Assembly: GCA_029861845.1 (NCBI GenBank) | Contig: JAOTYM010000008.1 | Location: 773 to 64,772, forward strand | Direction: 5' to 3' | From: Gammaproteobacteria bacterium | Lineage (GTDB): Bacteria; Pseudomonadota; Gammaproteobacteria; Acidiferrobacterales; SPGG2 | Length of the DNA: 64,000 nucleotides | Shown: piece after piece, positions 1-9,436 of the stretch | Numbering within the stretch: the first letter of the stretch is position 1 | Layout of the letters: each line of letters opens with the position of its first letter | The notes under the pieces: generated by a model | Seen by the model: only the letters and a program-made list of their open reading frames with translations | The model's database searches: none | What the model was told of the DNA's origin: nothing | Position numbers and translations under genes: made by a program

Positions 1-197
1 GTGGGCGTTCTCGGTTAGCGACCCTACGGCGGTCCATTCAGGACCCGGTCGCCTACATGGGCGCGATCGCTATCCGCAGTAGTCAACGCGACGTCGGCTA
101 GAGGGCCTCGTCGTGGCGGATTAACACTAACCAAAAGTATTTGCACGCCCTGAGTTTTGAGCCGTTGACATGTTGACGAACAGAAGGAGGCAACGCC

Positions 198-1064
198 ATG
201 CTTGATTTGGAATACCGATTGCTACAACTGACCAGGCGCAACCGCGATGGCGCCTATGCCACCCAGCGGGATCGGCGCAAGATCCTGTCGCTGGCGGCGC
301 GCCAGCTCTACCACACGCTTAACTATCGACTGCCTCATGAACGATCCTTAAAGCCCAAGCACGTGGCGGCGTTAGTCAACCATTGGCAAGCCACCGTGTC
401 GGTCGCCACGCAAAAGAACCGATTGGCGGTGCTTAGGTGGTGGGCCGAGAAGGTGGGCAAAGGCAATATGGTCCCGACCACGAATGCCCGCCTTGGCATC
501 GGTAGGCGTCGCTATCAGCCCAATGTCTCCAAGGCGGTGACTAACCCAGAGATTGCGATTAAACGGGTCCAAGATCCGTATGTGGGGCTGGGCCTGAGAC
601 TGCAACAGGCATTTGGCTTGCGCCGCGAAGAGGCGATGAAGCTTAGGCCCCGTCTAGCCGACGGCGGCCGATACCTAGAACTTAAAAGCTCCTGGTGCAA
701 AGGCGGGCGCGCGCGGGTGATCCCGATTCGCACGCCGGCGCAACGCACTGTGCTCGATGAAGCCAAGGCGTTGGCCAAGGGCGGGTCATTGATCCCCGCT
801 TATAAGTCTTACCGCCAACAGCTACACACCTGGGAGCATCAGACGACAAAAGCGGGGATCTCGAAGACCCATGGGCTGCGCCATGCCTATGCGCAACAGC
901 GTTACTTGGAACTCACCGGTTTCAACCCACCGGCCGCGGGCGGCCTACGACACTTCGAGCTCACGGTTGAGCAACAGAAACTCGATAGCGCCGCCCGCCA
1001 ACAGATCACCGCAGAGCTCGGTCACCATCGACTCGCGATTACGAACCACTACCTGGGACGCTAG
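198..1064 (+). CDS. Tyrosine recombinase / integrase-domain protein (island or plasmid type)
   Basis: 288-aa ORF with an RBS-like aggagg upstream. The C-terminal half carries tyrosine-recombinase-type motifs (GGRARVIPI, HGLRHAYAQ, LGHHR..TNHYLG). It sits beside an excisionase-like gene and a P4-like int. Confidence 0.65.
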   Translation: MLDLEYRLLQLTRRNRDGAYATQRDRRKILSLAARQLYHTLNYRLPHERSLKPKHVAALVNHWQATVSVATQKNRLAVLRWWAEKVGKGNMVPTTNARLGIGRRRYQPNVSKAVTNPEIAIKRVQDPYVGLGLRLQQAFGLRREEAMKLRPRLADGGRYLELKSSWCKGGRARVIPIRTPAQRTVLDEAKALAKGGSLIPAYKSYRQQLHTWEHQTTKAGISKTHGLRHAYAQQRYLELTGFNPPAAGGLRHFELTVEQQKLDSAARQQITAELGHHRLAITNHYLGR

Positions 1065-1076
1065 CGGCGCGTACTC

Positions 1077-1460
1077 GTGACGGTGAGTCGATCGAAGAAC
1101 AATCAGCTCCGTGTCCTGGAGCGAGGTGTCGGGGACGTGAGTGCATTGGCGGTCTTAACGCTTAGGCAGGCGGGGAAGTTCTTGCAGCTTCACCCGTACA
1201 CCGTCGCCCAGAAGACCAAGGCGGGCGAGATCCCAGGCAGGAAGATCGGCGGATGCTGGCGCTTCCTGCGAAGCGAACTGGAAGCACGCCTACGTTCACC
1301 CTATAATTCGCCCCGGCGACCGGTGCCGGTGGCTGATTCTGCTAGTCAAGAGGAGGTCACATGGCACTTTACAAGAGAAGTGGGTTTTACTGGATCGATG
1401 TCACCGTACGGGGATGCCGTCGCCTACGCGAAAGCACTCGGACTGCGGACTCGAAGTTAG
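1077..1460 (+). CDS. Excisionase-family (HTH_17/AlpA-like) DNA-binding protein
   Basis: The segment LTLRQAGKFLQLHPYTVAQKTKAGEIPGRKIGGCWRFLRSELEARL matches the excisionase/MerR-like winged HTH pattern. The true start is uncertain (GTG at 1077 or internal), and the 3' end overlaps the int start. Confidence 0.55.
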   Translation: MTVSRSKNNQLRVLERGVGDVSALAVLTLRQAGKFLQLHPYTVAQKTKAGEIPGRKIGGCWRFLRSELEARLRSPYNSPRRPVPVADSASQEEVTWHFTREVGFTGSMSPYGDAVAYAKALGLRTRS

Positions 1461-2377
1461 TAAAGGAGTACCACGACAAGCGCGTGGCGGAGTTATGGCG
1501 CACGCATCGGCTGAAGGACAAGCCGCGTTATCGGTGGGAGGTGGCGGCCACCCGTTGGATCAAAGAGACCGGCGACAAGGTGAGCCATACGGATGACTTG
1601 CGAATCTTGCGCTGGCTGTGCCTCGATGAGATCACGCACGCGGTGTGCGCGGGCATACCGAGAACGCGCAACGCCGAAGGCGTCGCCAATGCCACCTGTA
1701 ATCGGACCATGGCGGTGCTGCGGGCGATCCTAAGGCAGACGGAAAGGGCAGTGGGGGTGGCTCGAGCGGGCGCCGGCCGTGCGCTCGCTGCGCGAACCCA
1801 AGGGACGGGTGCGATGGCTCAGTGGCGAGGAGTTCGACCGATTGTGCCGCGAGTTACCTCAACACCTGCGGGACATGGTAGTCTTCGCCGCGCATACGGG
1901 CCTGCGGGAAGCGAATATGTGCGGGTGGCGCTGGTGGACCTGCGCCGGGGCATGGCGGCGCTGGTGAAGAACCGCCAATCCCTCGGGGTGCCCCTTGATA
2001 GTACGGCGCTGGCGGTGGTTCGCGAGCAGATCGGCAAGTATTCCGAGCGCGTGTTCATGTACAAGGAGTGGCCGGTGCGCAAGATGAACAAGGACGGTTG
2101 GTGCAAGGCGCTTAGGCCGGCCGGGATCAAGGACTTTCGAGTCCACGACCTGCAACATCAGTTGACGAGCATGCATGCCCAGGCGGGGATGCCGCTGAAT
2201 GTCTTGCAGGCCCTGGGCGGTCGGAAGGCGCCCACTATGGTGTAGCGCTACGCGCACCTGAGCGCGGCGCAACTGGTTGAGCGTGCCGGGCGCATTAACC
2301 GTCCGCGTCACAATGACGGCACAAAGGCTGAAGTGGTGGAACTTAAAGAAGTCGGGAAATCGTTATTAATTAACTAG
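1361..2377 (+). pseudogene. P4-like tyrosine integrase, degraded
   Basis: The N-terminus MALYKRSGFYWIDV.. is typical of P4-family int. The central conserved block RVRWLSGEEFDRLCRELPQHLRDMVVFAAHTGLR is in another frame (ORF 1779..1967), and the reading then returns to the first frame. There is an in-frame TAG at 2243-2245 just before RYAHLSAAQL (the catalytic-Tyr segment), and HDLQH replaces HxLRH. The ancestral stop is at 2375-2377. Confidence 0.8.
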
Positions 2378-2380
2378 TTC

Positions 2381-2455
2381 TGGGGTGTAGCCAAGTGGTA
2401 AGGCACCGGATTTTGATTCCGGCATTCCCAGGTTCGAATCCTGGCACCCCAGCCA
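2381..2455 (+). tRNA. tRNA-Gln (anticodon UUG)
   Basis: TGGGGTG..CACCCCAGCCA acceptor stem with encoded CCA. The anticodon arm is CCGGA-TTTTGAT-TCCGG (anticodon TTG) and the T-arm is GGTTCGAATCC. It closely resembles enterobacterial tRNA-Gln. Confidence 0.95.
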
Positions 2456-2601
2456 ATTCCACTTGGTCGGGGTAGGTACAAGGGCAGGCGACCTAACAGG
2501 TGACCTGCAGGGACGCGGGAAGGTAGGGCAGCCCAGGGAGCAGTTGCCGAGACGTCGGAAGTTGGGACAATGCAGTAGCAATTGTCGGGGAGAAATGACA
2601 A

Positions 2602-3552
2602 GTGCCCGTTGACAATATGACCGTTTTTACGGGTAACGCCAACCCGGCCCTGGCGGCGACTGTTGTGCGCCGACTGGGTATTCCACTAGGCAAGGCTGTT
2701 GTCGGTCGTTTTAGCGACGGTGAGGTTATGGTGGAGATCATGGAGCATGTGCGTGGGAAGGATGTGTTTCTCATGCAGTCCACCTGTGCGCCCAGCAACG
2801 ACAATCTGATGGAATTGCTCATCATGATCGATGCCATCAGGCGGTCTTCGGCAGCGCGGATCACGGCCGTCATCCCCTATTTCGGGTATGCTCGGCAAGA
2901 CCGGCGGCCGCGCACGGCGCGAGTGGCGATCTCGGCCAAGCTAGTTGCCTCCATGATAACAGCGGCGGGTGCCAATAAAGTGCTGGTCATGGACCTGCAT
3001 GCCGATCAGATACAGGGGTTCTTTGATATTCCGACTGACAATATCTACGCGGCACCGGTGCTGTTGGGCGATATTTGGAAGCACGAATACGAGAACCTGT
3101 TGGTGGTATCGCCGGACGTCGGCGGCGTTCTGCGTGCGCGTGCGATGGCCAAGCAGTTGGAAACAGAGCTCGCGATTATTGATAAACGGCGACCGCGACC
3201 CAACGAAGCCAAGATCATGCACGTCATCGGTGATGTCAAGGATCGTAGCTGTATTCTTGTGGATGACATGGTAGATACTGGCAACACCCTATGTGAAGCG
3301 GCGGCAACATTAAAGGCGAACGGGGCGCGGCGTGTCGCCGCATACTGCACGCATCCGGTATTGTCGGGCAGGGCGATTGAGACTCTTAATAAGTCGGTAT
3401 TGGACGAGTTAGTGGTAACGGATACGATACCCTTAAATGAAGAAGCTCAAACCTGCGACCGGGTTCGGCAACTCAGTATTGCCGAGTTGCTGGCGGAGGC
3501 GTTGCGCCGAATCGCGGAGGAAGATTCGGTAAGTTCATTGTTTATGGACTAA
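2602..3552 (+). CDS. prs: Ribose-phosphate pyrophosphokinase
   Basis: Motifs [21 protein letters not shown] and [10 protein letters not shown]. The probable true start is ATG 2617 ([10 protein letters not shown]). Confidence 0.95.
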   Translation: MPVDNMTVFTGNANPALAATVVRRLGIPLGKAVVGRFSDGEVMVEIMEHVRGKDVFLMQSTCAPSNDNLMELLIMIDAIRRSSAARITAVIPYFGYARQDRRPRTARVAISAKLVASMITAAGANKVLVMDLHADQIQGFFDIPTDNIYAAPVLLGDIWKHEYENLLVVSPDVGGVLRARAMAKQLETELAIIDKRRPRPNEAKIMHVIGDVKDRSCILVDDMVDTGNTLCEAAATLKANGARRVAAYCTHPVLSGRAIETLNKSVLDELVVTDTIPLNEEAQTCDRVRQLSIAELLAEALRRIAEEDSVSSLFMD

Positions 3553-3595
3553 CTCGAGATACTGTAGAAGTAGCGGGTAATAGTGGAGCAGATAA

Positions 3596-4279
3596 ATGGC
3601 AACTAAGTTCGAATTGACAGGTGAGAAGCGTGCCGACAAAGGTACAAGCGCAAACCGCCGCTTGCGACGTGCTGGCAAGGTGCCCGCTGTCTTGTACGGG
3701 GGGGCTAAGGACGCGATCATGGTCACGTTTGATCACGATACGATTTATCATCAACTGAACAATGAAGCGTTTCATAATTCTGTACTGACGGTAAAGGTTG
3801 GTAGTGACACCGATCAAGCCATATTGCGCGGTGTGCAGATGCATCCGTACAGACCCAAGGTTATTCATATGGATCTGCAGCGCATCAGCGCGACCGAGAA
3901 GTTGCACCTGGAGGTGCCCATACACGTCCTTGGTGAGGACGTGGCGCCCGGTGTGAAACAAGAAGGTGGTGTTGTTTCGCGTTTAATGGCGGCAGTAGAC
4001 ATCTCTTGTTTACCCCACCAACTGCCTGAGTATCTGGATGTGGATATCTCTGAGCTGAATATAGGTGAATCTGTCCATCTCACCGATATTAGACTCCCCG
4101 AGGGCGTGACCATCACCAGTTTGGCCCATGGTGGTGAAGATCTGCCCGTGGCTTCGGTTGCCGCTATCCGCGTAGTTGAGGAAGAAGCGGTGGTTGCCGA
4201 AGGCGAAGAGTTGCCAGAAGGAGAAGCACCGCCAGAGGGTGAGGAAACGACTCCAGCTGCCGAAGAGAGCGAAGAATAA
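3596..4279 (+). CDS. rplY: 50S ribosomal protein L25 / general stress protein Ctc
   Basis: RRLRRAGKVPAVLYG motif and the long Ctc form with an acidic C-terminal tail. It lies in the conserved prs-ctc-pth order. Confidence 0.9.
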   Translation: MATKFELTGEKRADKGTSANRRLRRAGKVPAVLYGGAKDAIMVTFDHDTIYHQLNNEAFHNSVLTVKVGSDTDQAILRGVQMHPYRPKVIHMDLQRISATEKLHLEVPIHVLGEDVAPGVKQEGGVVSRLMAAVDISCLPHQLPEYLDVDISELNIGESVHLTDIRLPEGVTITSLAHGGEDLPVASVAAIRVVEEEAVVAEGEELPEGEAPPEGEETTPAAEESEE

Positions 4280-4303
4280 AGGCGAGCCTCATCGCGGCCT
4301 GGT

Positions 4304-4930
4304 TTGGCCAGGCAAGATACTGCAATGGCAGAGGGCATTACTCTGATTGTTGGTCTCGGCAACCCCGGGACTGAACACACGGACACCCGGCACAATGCCG
4401 GGTTCCGTTTTCTTGATTCCCTGCTCGAGCGTACCGGTGGTCGTTTGCGGGATGAGCGTAAGCTTAAAGGTCGGCTCGGCAGAGTGAAGGTAGGAAACAA
4501 GTACGTTTGGCTGTTTGCACCGATGACTTATATGAATAATAGCGGTGAGGCCGTCGTTAAGTGCGCGCACTATTATAGAATTGCGCCGCAGCAGATCCTG
4601 GTGGCGCATGACGAGTTAGACCTTCCACTTGGCACAGTTAAGCTCAAACAAGGCGGTGGCTACGCCGGGCACAATGGTGTCCGCGATATCGCCACCCGGC
4701 TTGGCTCGGCCGATTTCGTGCGACTACGTATTGGCATCGGCCGCCCGGGTTCATGCGACGAAACGGTTTCTCACGTGTTGCGCAAAGCGCCGCCGGCCGA
4801 ACAGGAACTCATCGATGCGGCGATGGACAGAGCATTGAGTCATATCGACGACATTATTAATGGTCGCTACCAGCGTGTCATGACTGCTCTGCATACGCAG
4901 GACGTGGATCATCCTGATGTGGCATCCTGA
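4304..4930 (+). CDS. pth: Peptidyl-tRNA hydrolase
   Basis: LIVGLGNPG..TRHNAGF and GHNG motifs. The likely start is ATG 4325 (MAEGITLIVG). Confidence 0.95.
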   Translation: MARQDTAMAEGITLIVGLGNPGTEHTDTRHNAGFRFLDSLLERTGGRLRDERKLKGRLGRVKVGNKYVWLFAPMTYMNNSGEAVVKCAHYYRIAPQQILVAHDELDLPLGTVKLKQGGGYAGHNGVRDIATRLGSADFVRLRIGIGRPGSCDETVSHVLRKAPPAEQELIDAAMDRALSHIDDIINGRYQRVMTALHTQDVDHPDVAS

Positions 4931-4975
4931 GTCGACGAATACCTGCTGACTACGCCGTAAGAGATTAATCAGTAT

Positions 4976-6067
4976 ATGGGTTTTAGGTGCGGAATCGTTG
5001 GTTTGCCGAACGTAGGCAAGTCCACACTGTTTAACGCGCTAACCCAGGCGCACACCCCGGCCGAGAACTATCCATTTTGTACGATCGAACCTAATGTCGG
5101 CATTGTAATCGTCCCCGACAAACGCCTTGAGCGCGTCGCGGCGATTGCCAAGCCGGAGAAGGTGACGCCGACGACGATCGAGTTCGTGGACATCGCCGGG
5201 CTCGTTGCCGGTGCCTCGAAGGGGGAAGGTCTGGGGAACCAGTTCCTTGCCCATATACGGGATGTGGACGCGATCGCCCACGTCGTGCGTTGCTTCGAGG
5301 ACGATAATGTGGCGCATGTAACCGACCGTCTGGATCCGCTGTCGGATATGGAGACCGTTAAGACCGAACTGGCGTTAGCGGATCTGGCGACCGTATATAG
5401 AGCGTGCGAGCGCGCCGGTAAGGCAGGGAAGGCAGGCGACAAGGACACCATCAAGTTGCACGACCTGCTTGCACGTGTGCATCAGCACCTAAACGATGCC
5501 CGGCCAGTACGTGCCTTGGGTCTCGATAAAGCGGACGCGGAAATGTTAAAGCCACTCAACCTGCTTACCAGCAAGCCCACGCTATACATCGCCAACGTGA
5601 GCGAAAAAGGTCTTAATGAGAACCCTTATCTCGACGCCGTGACGCACGTCGCGCAGTCGGAGAGGGCCGAAGTCGTCGCGTTGTGTGCGGCCCTGGAAGC
5701 AGAGCTCACCGATATGAGCACAGAGGAGAAACAGCTGTTTCTGGCCGACATGGGGCTGGAGGAACCGGGTTTGAATCGCGTGATTCGTGCCGGCTACCGC
5801 CTGCTTGGATTACTGACATTCTTCAGTACACAGTCCGACGAGGTACGGGCGTGGACCATACCCGCAGGTGCTCGAGCCCCCGAGGCAGCCGGCGTCATTC
5901 ATACGGATTTTCAGCGTGGATTCATACGAGCCGAGATCATTAGTTATGACCACTATGTTCAGTGTAATGGCGAGCAAGGTGCGAAAGAAGCCGGCAAACT
6001 GAGAGTAGAGGGTAAGGAGTATATCGTCGAGGACGGCGACGTGATCCATTTTCGATTTAACGTGTGA
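4976..6067 (+). CDS. ychF: Redox-regulated ATPase YchF
   Basis: GIVGLPNVGKSTLFNALT P-loop, a TGS-like C-terminus, and the conserved position after pth. Confidence 0.95.
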   Translation: MGFRCGIVGLPNVGKSTLFNALTQAHTPAENYPFCTIEPNVGIVIVPDKRLERVAAIAKPEKVTPTTIEFVDIAGLVAGASKGEGLGNQFLAHIRDVDAIAHVVRCFEDDNVAHVTDRLDPLSDMETVKTELALADLATVYRACERAGKAGKAGDKDTIKLHDLLARVHQHLNDARPVRALGLDKADAEMLKPLNLLTSKPTLYIANVSEKGLNENPYLDAVTHVAQSERAEVVALCAALEAELTDMSTEEKQLFLADMGLEEPGLNRVIRAGYRLLGLLTFFSTQSDEVRAWTIPAGARAPEAAGVIHTDFQRGFIRAEIISYDHYVQCNGEQGAKEAGKLRVEGKEYIVEDGDVIHFRFNV

Positions 6068-6144
6068 ATCCTGACACAAGGCGAAAAATTCAAGATATCG
6101 CTTGTCACTTGCATCTTGAATCTTGTATCTTGCGCCTGATTCTT

Positions 6145-6221
6145 GGCTACGTAGCTCAGGTGGTTAGAGCACGGCACTCATAATGCCGGTGTCGGTGGTT
6201 CGAGTCCACCCGTAGCCACCA
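6145..6221 (+). tRNA. tRNA-Met (elongator, anticodon CAU)
   Basis: GGCTACGTAGCTCAGGTGGTTAGAGCA.. with anticodon arm CGGCA-CTCATAA-TGCCG, T-arm GGTTCGAGTCC and encoded CCA. It resembles E. coli metT-type elongator tRNA. Confidence 0.95.
6177..6202 (+). repeat. Direct repeat copy 1 (inside tRNA-Met, anticodon loop to T-arm); att-like core
   Basis: ctcataatGccggtgtcggtggttcg recurs at 24934-24959 with 25/26 identity in the same orientation. Confidence 0.8.
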
Positions 6222-6268
6222 ACTTAATCAACGCCTTACGTCACCTTCCCGAGTTCGTAAAATCGTGA

Positions 6269-7138
6269 GTGTGGGGATTTTGCGGGACTGCAGTGAATGT
6301 GAACACCGAGGAAGTCAAAAAAGTTGTCAAAGGTCGTTATGGCAAAGCCGCTGAAAGGGGTGGCGGCAAGGGATGCTGTTGCGCTACTGAGGTTAGCTCC
6401 AGTCTGAACTTTGCGACGGAGCATGGGCTTTATGGTCAGGAAGAACTTTCCCTGGTCCCTGAAATCGCTCGTAATCTTTCTAGAGGATGCGGTAACCCAA
6501 CGGGATTCGCTGATCTTCAATCTGGCGAGGTAGTCGTGGATCTCGGTTGCGGTGCAGGCATCGATGTCATTCTGGCCGCGCGTAAAGTAGGCCCCAGTGG
6601 AAAGGTCGTGGGCGTAGATTTTGCCCCCCAGATGATCGAGCGGGCAAAGCAAGCAGTGGTGGAGGCAGGGTTAAGCAATAGCGTCGAGTTTGTTGTTGCT
6701 GACATGGAGCAGCTTAATCTCCCAGACAGCCTTGCCGATGTGGTGACATCCAATTGCGTGATCAACTTATCTCCTGATAAAGACGCGGTGTATCGGCAAG
6801 CGTTCCGTATCCTGAAACCGGGTGGGCGGCTGGCTATCTCTGATATTGTCTTGACTGAGAAGATCGAACCTCACGTACAAGCACGCTTACAATCAACCTG
6901 GTCAGGCTGTCTGGGAGGAACTATCGCTGAGGAGAGTTATTTCGACATAATCAGCAAAGCGGGATTTAGACAAGTTAAGATCGTCGCTAGTCATGCCCTC
7001 GCGTCGCAGGAACTAGACGAAATGGTATGTTGTCCAGGGCCGGAATTCACTCCTGCCCCTGCGAAAGAGGATCTTGCTGTGGTGCAAGGGAAGGTGGTCA
7101 GCATCAAATTCACGGCGCTAAAACCACAAATCAGCTGA
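6269..7138 (+). CDS. arsM: Arsenite S-adenosylmethionine methyltransferase (ArsM-like)
   Basis: SAM-binding motif VVDLGCGAGID. Cysteines sit at the four positions typical of ArsM (GCCCA N-terminal cluster, RGCGNPT, SNCVINL, WSGCLGG). The start is ambiguous (GTG 6269 or GTG 6293). Confidence 0.8.
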   Translation: MWGFCGTAVNVNTEEVKKVVKGRYGKAAERGGGKGCCCATEVSSSLNFATEHGLYGQEELSLVPEIARNLSRGCGNPTGFADLQSGEVVVDLGCGAGIDVILAARKVGPSGKVVGVDFAPQMIERAKQAVVEAGLSNSVEFVVADMEQLNLPDSLADVVTSNCVINLSPDKDAVYRQAFRILKPGGRLAISDIVLTEKIEPHVQARLQSTWSGCLGGTIAEESYFDIISKAGFRQVKIVASHALASQELDEMVCCPGPEFTPAPAKEDLAVVQGKVVSIKFTALKPQIS

Positions 7139-7324
7139 TCCAAGCTAACGTCAAAAGTCTTACACCTAGATAGGGCAATCTAAAAGGATCGACCCCCTGG
7201 TCTCTCATCGGGTGGTCGCGAGATACACAGTCCAGTACTGCCTGCGACGGTTCAATAGATTACATGCGCCCGTGACATGAGTGTGTCGACGAATGTAGCG
7301 GTCCGAGGCTGGATCACCCTGTTT

Positions 7325-7945
7325 TCAATGCTTTCCATCACCCACTGGTAGTTTCGGACTCGCTGCTTGTGGACGTAATGGGGTTACCCGAGCACGTGAC
7401 ACAGAATCTTCGGTGCCGCTATGCCGGACGATGTCACCGGTGAGCAAATACAGCACATCTTCCGCGATGTTACAGGCATGATCACCGATACGTTCTAACT
7501 GCCGGCACACCGACAACATGAACACCGCCTGTTCGACGTTGTCGGGCTGCCTCCGAATTCTGTTGATCAATTCGTCGTAGAGTCTTTTGTTTAATTCATC
7601 CACCAGATCGTCGGTGCCGATCACTCCCTTTGCGATATCCGCATCTGTCTCTACGAATGCAAGTAGGCATTTGCGCAGCATTAGCTTTGCTTGCTTAGAG
7701 AGCTCAACGATTTCATCGGGTACCGGCACACGCTTCAATCCAGCCAGTTGTTCGGCACGCTCAGCGATGTTAACGGCATGGTCGCCGATGCGCTCTAGAT
7801 CATTGTTGATCTTCAATACTGCCACGATCAACCGTAGATCAGCCGCCACCGGTTGATGAAGTGCCAGCAGCTTTAGACATTCTTCTTCCAACTCGACTTC
7901 TCTGTCGTCGATTTGTTTGTCTCTGCTGATAACGGCGCGCGCCAA
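7325..7945 (-). pseudogene. PhoU-domain protein, N-terminally truncated
   Basis: Two PhoU repeats (LERIGDHAVNIAE and LERIGDHACNIAE). The reading frame begins inside the first repeat (..ARAVISRDKQIDDREVELEEECLKLLA), with only a TTG as its first codon. It abuts the nuclease fragment at about 7945. Confidence 0.6.
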
Positions 7946-8324
7946 GATCCGTTTAGCGGGGATTGATGCGCCCGAACGAAAGCAGGCGTATGGACTCGCT
8001 TCTCGTAAGCATTTAGGTTCGATCGTGGCCGGTAAACAAGTAACAGTTGAATACCGAAAGCGGGATCGACATGGCCGTATTGTGGGGAAAGTCCTACTTT
8101 ACGCCGTTTACCATACAGACATCGATGGGATCGACGTGTGTCTCGAACAAGTTAAGGCGGGGTTTGCCTGGCACTACAAGAAGTACCAGCATGAGCAAAG
8201 TAGAGAAGACCAAAGGCTCTACGCAGAGGCCGACATCAGGGCGCGAAATGACAGACTAGGCCTGTGGCGAGAGAACAATCCTAATCCGCCTTGGGAGTAT
8301 CGACGGCTGCATAGATCGGAATAG
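7941..8324 (+). pseudogene. Thermonuclease (SNase-like) gene, C-terminal fragment (copy A)
   Basis: AKIRLAGIDAPERKQAYGLASRKHLGSIVAGKQVTVEYRKRDRHGRIVGKV...GLWR is the SNase/OB-fold core without a signal peptide or N-terminal strand. The first ~93 nt are nearly identical to 16867-16959. Confidence 0.75.
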
Positions 8325-8718
8325 TAAGGAAGATCTCGATTTCTCCACCTTTGTTGTTTCGCAGAAATATGTTGTTTTCTGCTGGTTTTCCCTTTTAATT
8401 AGGTCGGTATCCCAGAAAAGACGTACCCCGACGGGACGATGATGACGACGCGCTACGTCGGCACCTCGCGCAAAGGCGCGGGACAGAAGGTGCAGGAGTG
8501 GAGCGGCACAACCGAGCTCGTATCGGGCACGGGGCGGTTCAAGGGCGCAAAGGGACAGGGCACCTATGCCGGTGGCCGGTATGCCAATGGATGGCGGTAA
8601 CCGACTGGGAACTCAAGGCGACGCTGGCCCAGTAGGCCTTCCGCGCCCGTCATGCTCGCCGCAGTAAATCGCCCATCGCAGCTCAGCCGCGATGGGCGAA
8701 ACGGCGTAACGACGAGAG

Positions 8719-9132
8719 TTAGCGCGGGCGCGACAACGCGTCGATCACGGGGCAATCGGGGACTTTGCCTTGATCACATTGTGACACCATCTCCTTCAAT
8801 ACTTTCTCTAATCTTTTGAGATCCGCGATGCGCCCACGCACACTGCCGAGATGTTCCGAGGTGATGGCCTTAACTTGCGAGCAGGTGTAACCGCCACCAT
8901 CAACGAAGCGCAGCAGATCGCGTACTTGCGCAAGGCTAAACCCAAGCGCCCGGCTTCGGCAGATGAAGGTGAGCCGCTTCAGATGCTTCTCCGCATAGAG
9001 CCGATGGCCGCCTGGGCTGCGGGGTGGTTTCGGCATCACACCGATGCGTTCGTAGTAACGGATTGTTTCAATGTTGCACCCGGTACGCGCCGATAGTGCC
9101 CCAATGGTCGTTGCCGGTGATATTGCGTCCAT
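8719..9132 (-). CDS. merR: MerR-family metal-responsive transcriptional regulator (Hg-type cysteine pattern)
   Basis: N-terminal HTH TIGALSARTGCNIETIRYYERIG. Cysteines are at YTCSQV and CDQGKVPDC (C-x7-C) in the dimerisation and metal-binding helix region. It is divergent from a merF-like gene across a MerR-type operator. Confidence 0.8.
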   Translation of the reverse strand: MDAISPATTIGALSARTGCNIETIRYYERIGVMPKPPRSPGGHRLYAEKHLKRLTFICRSRALGFSLAQVRDLLRFVDGGGYTCSQVKAITSEHLGSVRGRIADLKRLEKVLKEMVSQCDQGKVPDCPVIDALSRPR

Positions 9133-9136
9133 GGCC

Positions 9137-9167
9137 TTGAACCTGTAGTTGCTACAGGTTTTATAGT
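9137..9167 (+). promoter_or_regulatory. MerR-type promoter: -35 TTGAAC, 19-bp spacer containing the dyad ACCTGTAG-TTG-CTACAGGT, -10 TATAGT
   Basis: Read directly: TTGAAC (9137-9142), 19-nt spacer (9143-9161), TATAGT (9162-9167). A perfect 8-bp inverted repeat spans 9141-9159. An over-long 19-bp spacer with a central dyad is the hallmark of MerR-family activated promoters. Confidence 0.75.
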
Positions 9168-9206
9168 GACACTGTGAAGATCCGCGGGCAACTCCGGGAG
9201 ACGGTG

Positions 9207-9425
9207 ATGAAAAACCAAACGCTGTTTCGTACTGGCATGGTCGGGGCGGTCGTTGCGGCGGTGTGCTGTTTTACACCCGCGCTGGTGATCTTGCTCGGGG
9301 CGGTCGGTCTATCCGCCGCGCTAGCGTGGTTGGACTACGTTCTGTTTCCGGCGCTGGCGCTCTTTGTTGGCATCACTATCTATGCAGTGCTGCGAAGACA
9401 CGGCGAACCTGCAGAAGGAAAGTGA
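9207..9425 (+). CDS. merF: MerF-type mercuric ion transport membrane protein
   Basis: A 72-aa two-TM protein with vicinal Cys in TM1 (AAVCCFTPALVILLGAVGLSA) and LDYVLFPALA, which is very MerF-like. It lacks the second C-terminal CC pair. RBS ggagacgg lies before ATG 9207. Confidence 0.8.
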   Translation: MKNQTLFRTGMVGAVVAAVCCFTPALVILLGAVGLSAALAWLDYVLFPALALFVGITIYAVLRRHGEPAEGK

Positions 9426-9436
9426 ACGTCAATCCA

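Noticed and set aside
8400-8640. Short plus-strand coding remnant (..PDGTMMTTRYVGTSRKGAGQKVQEWSGTTELVSGTGRFKGAKGQGTYAGGRYANGW-stop, then ..DWELKATLAQ in another frame).
   Set aside because: It is below the ORF-track size, frameshifted, and belongs to no family I can name. It is probably debris from the island rearrangements.
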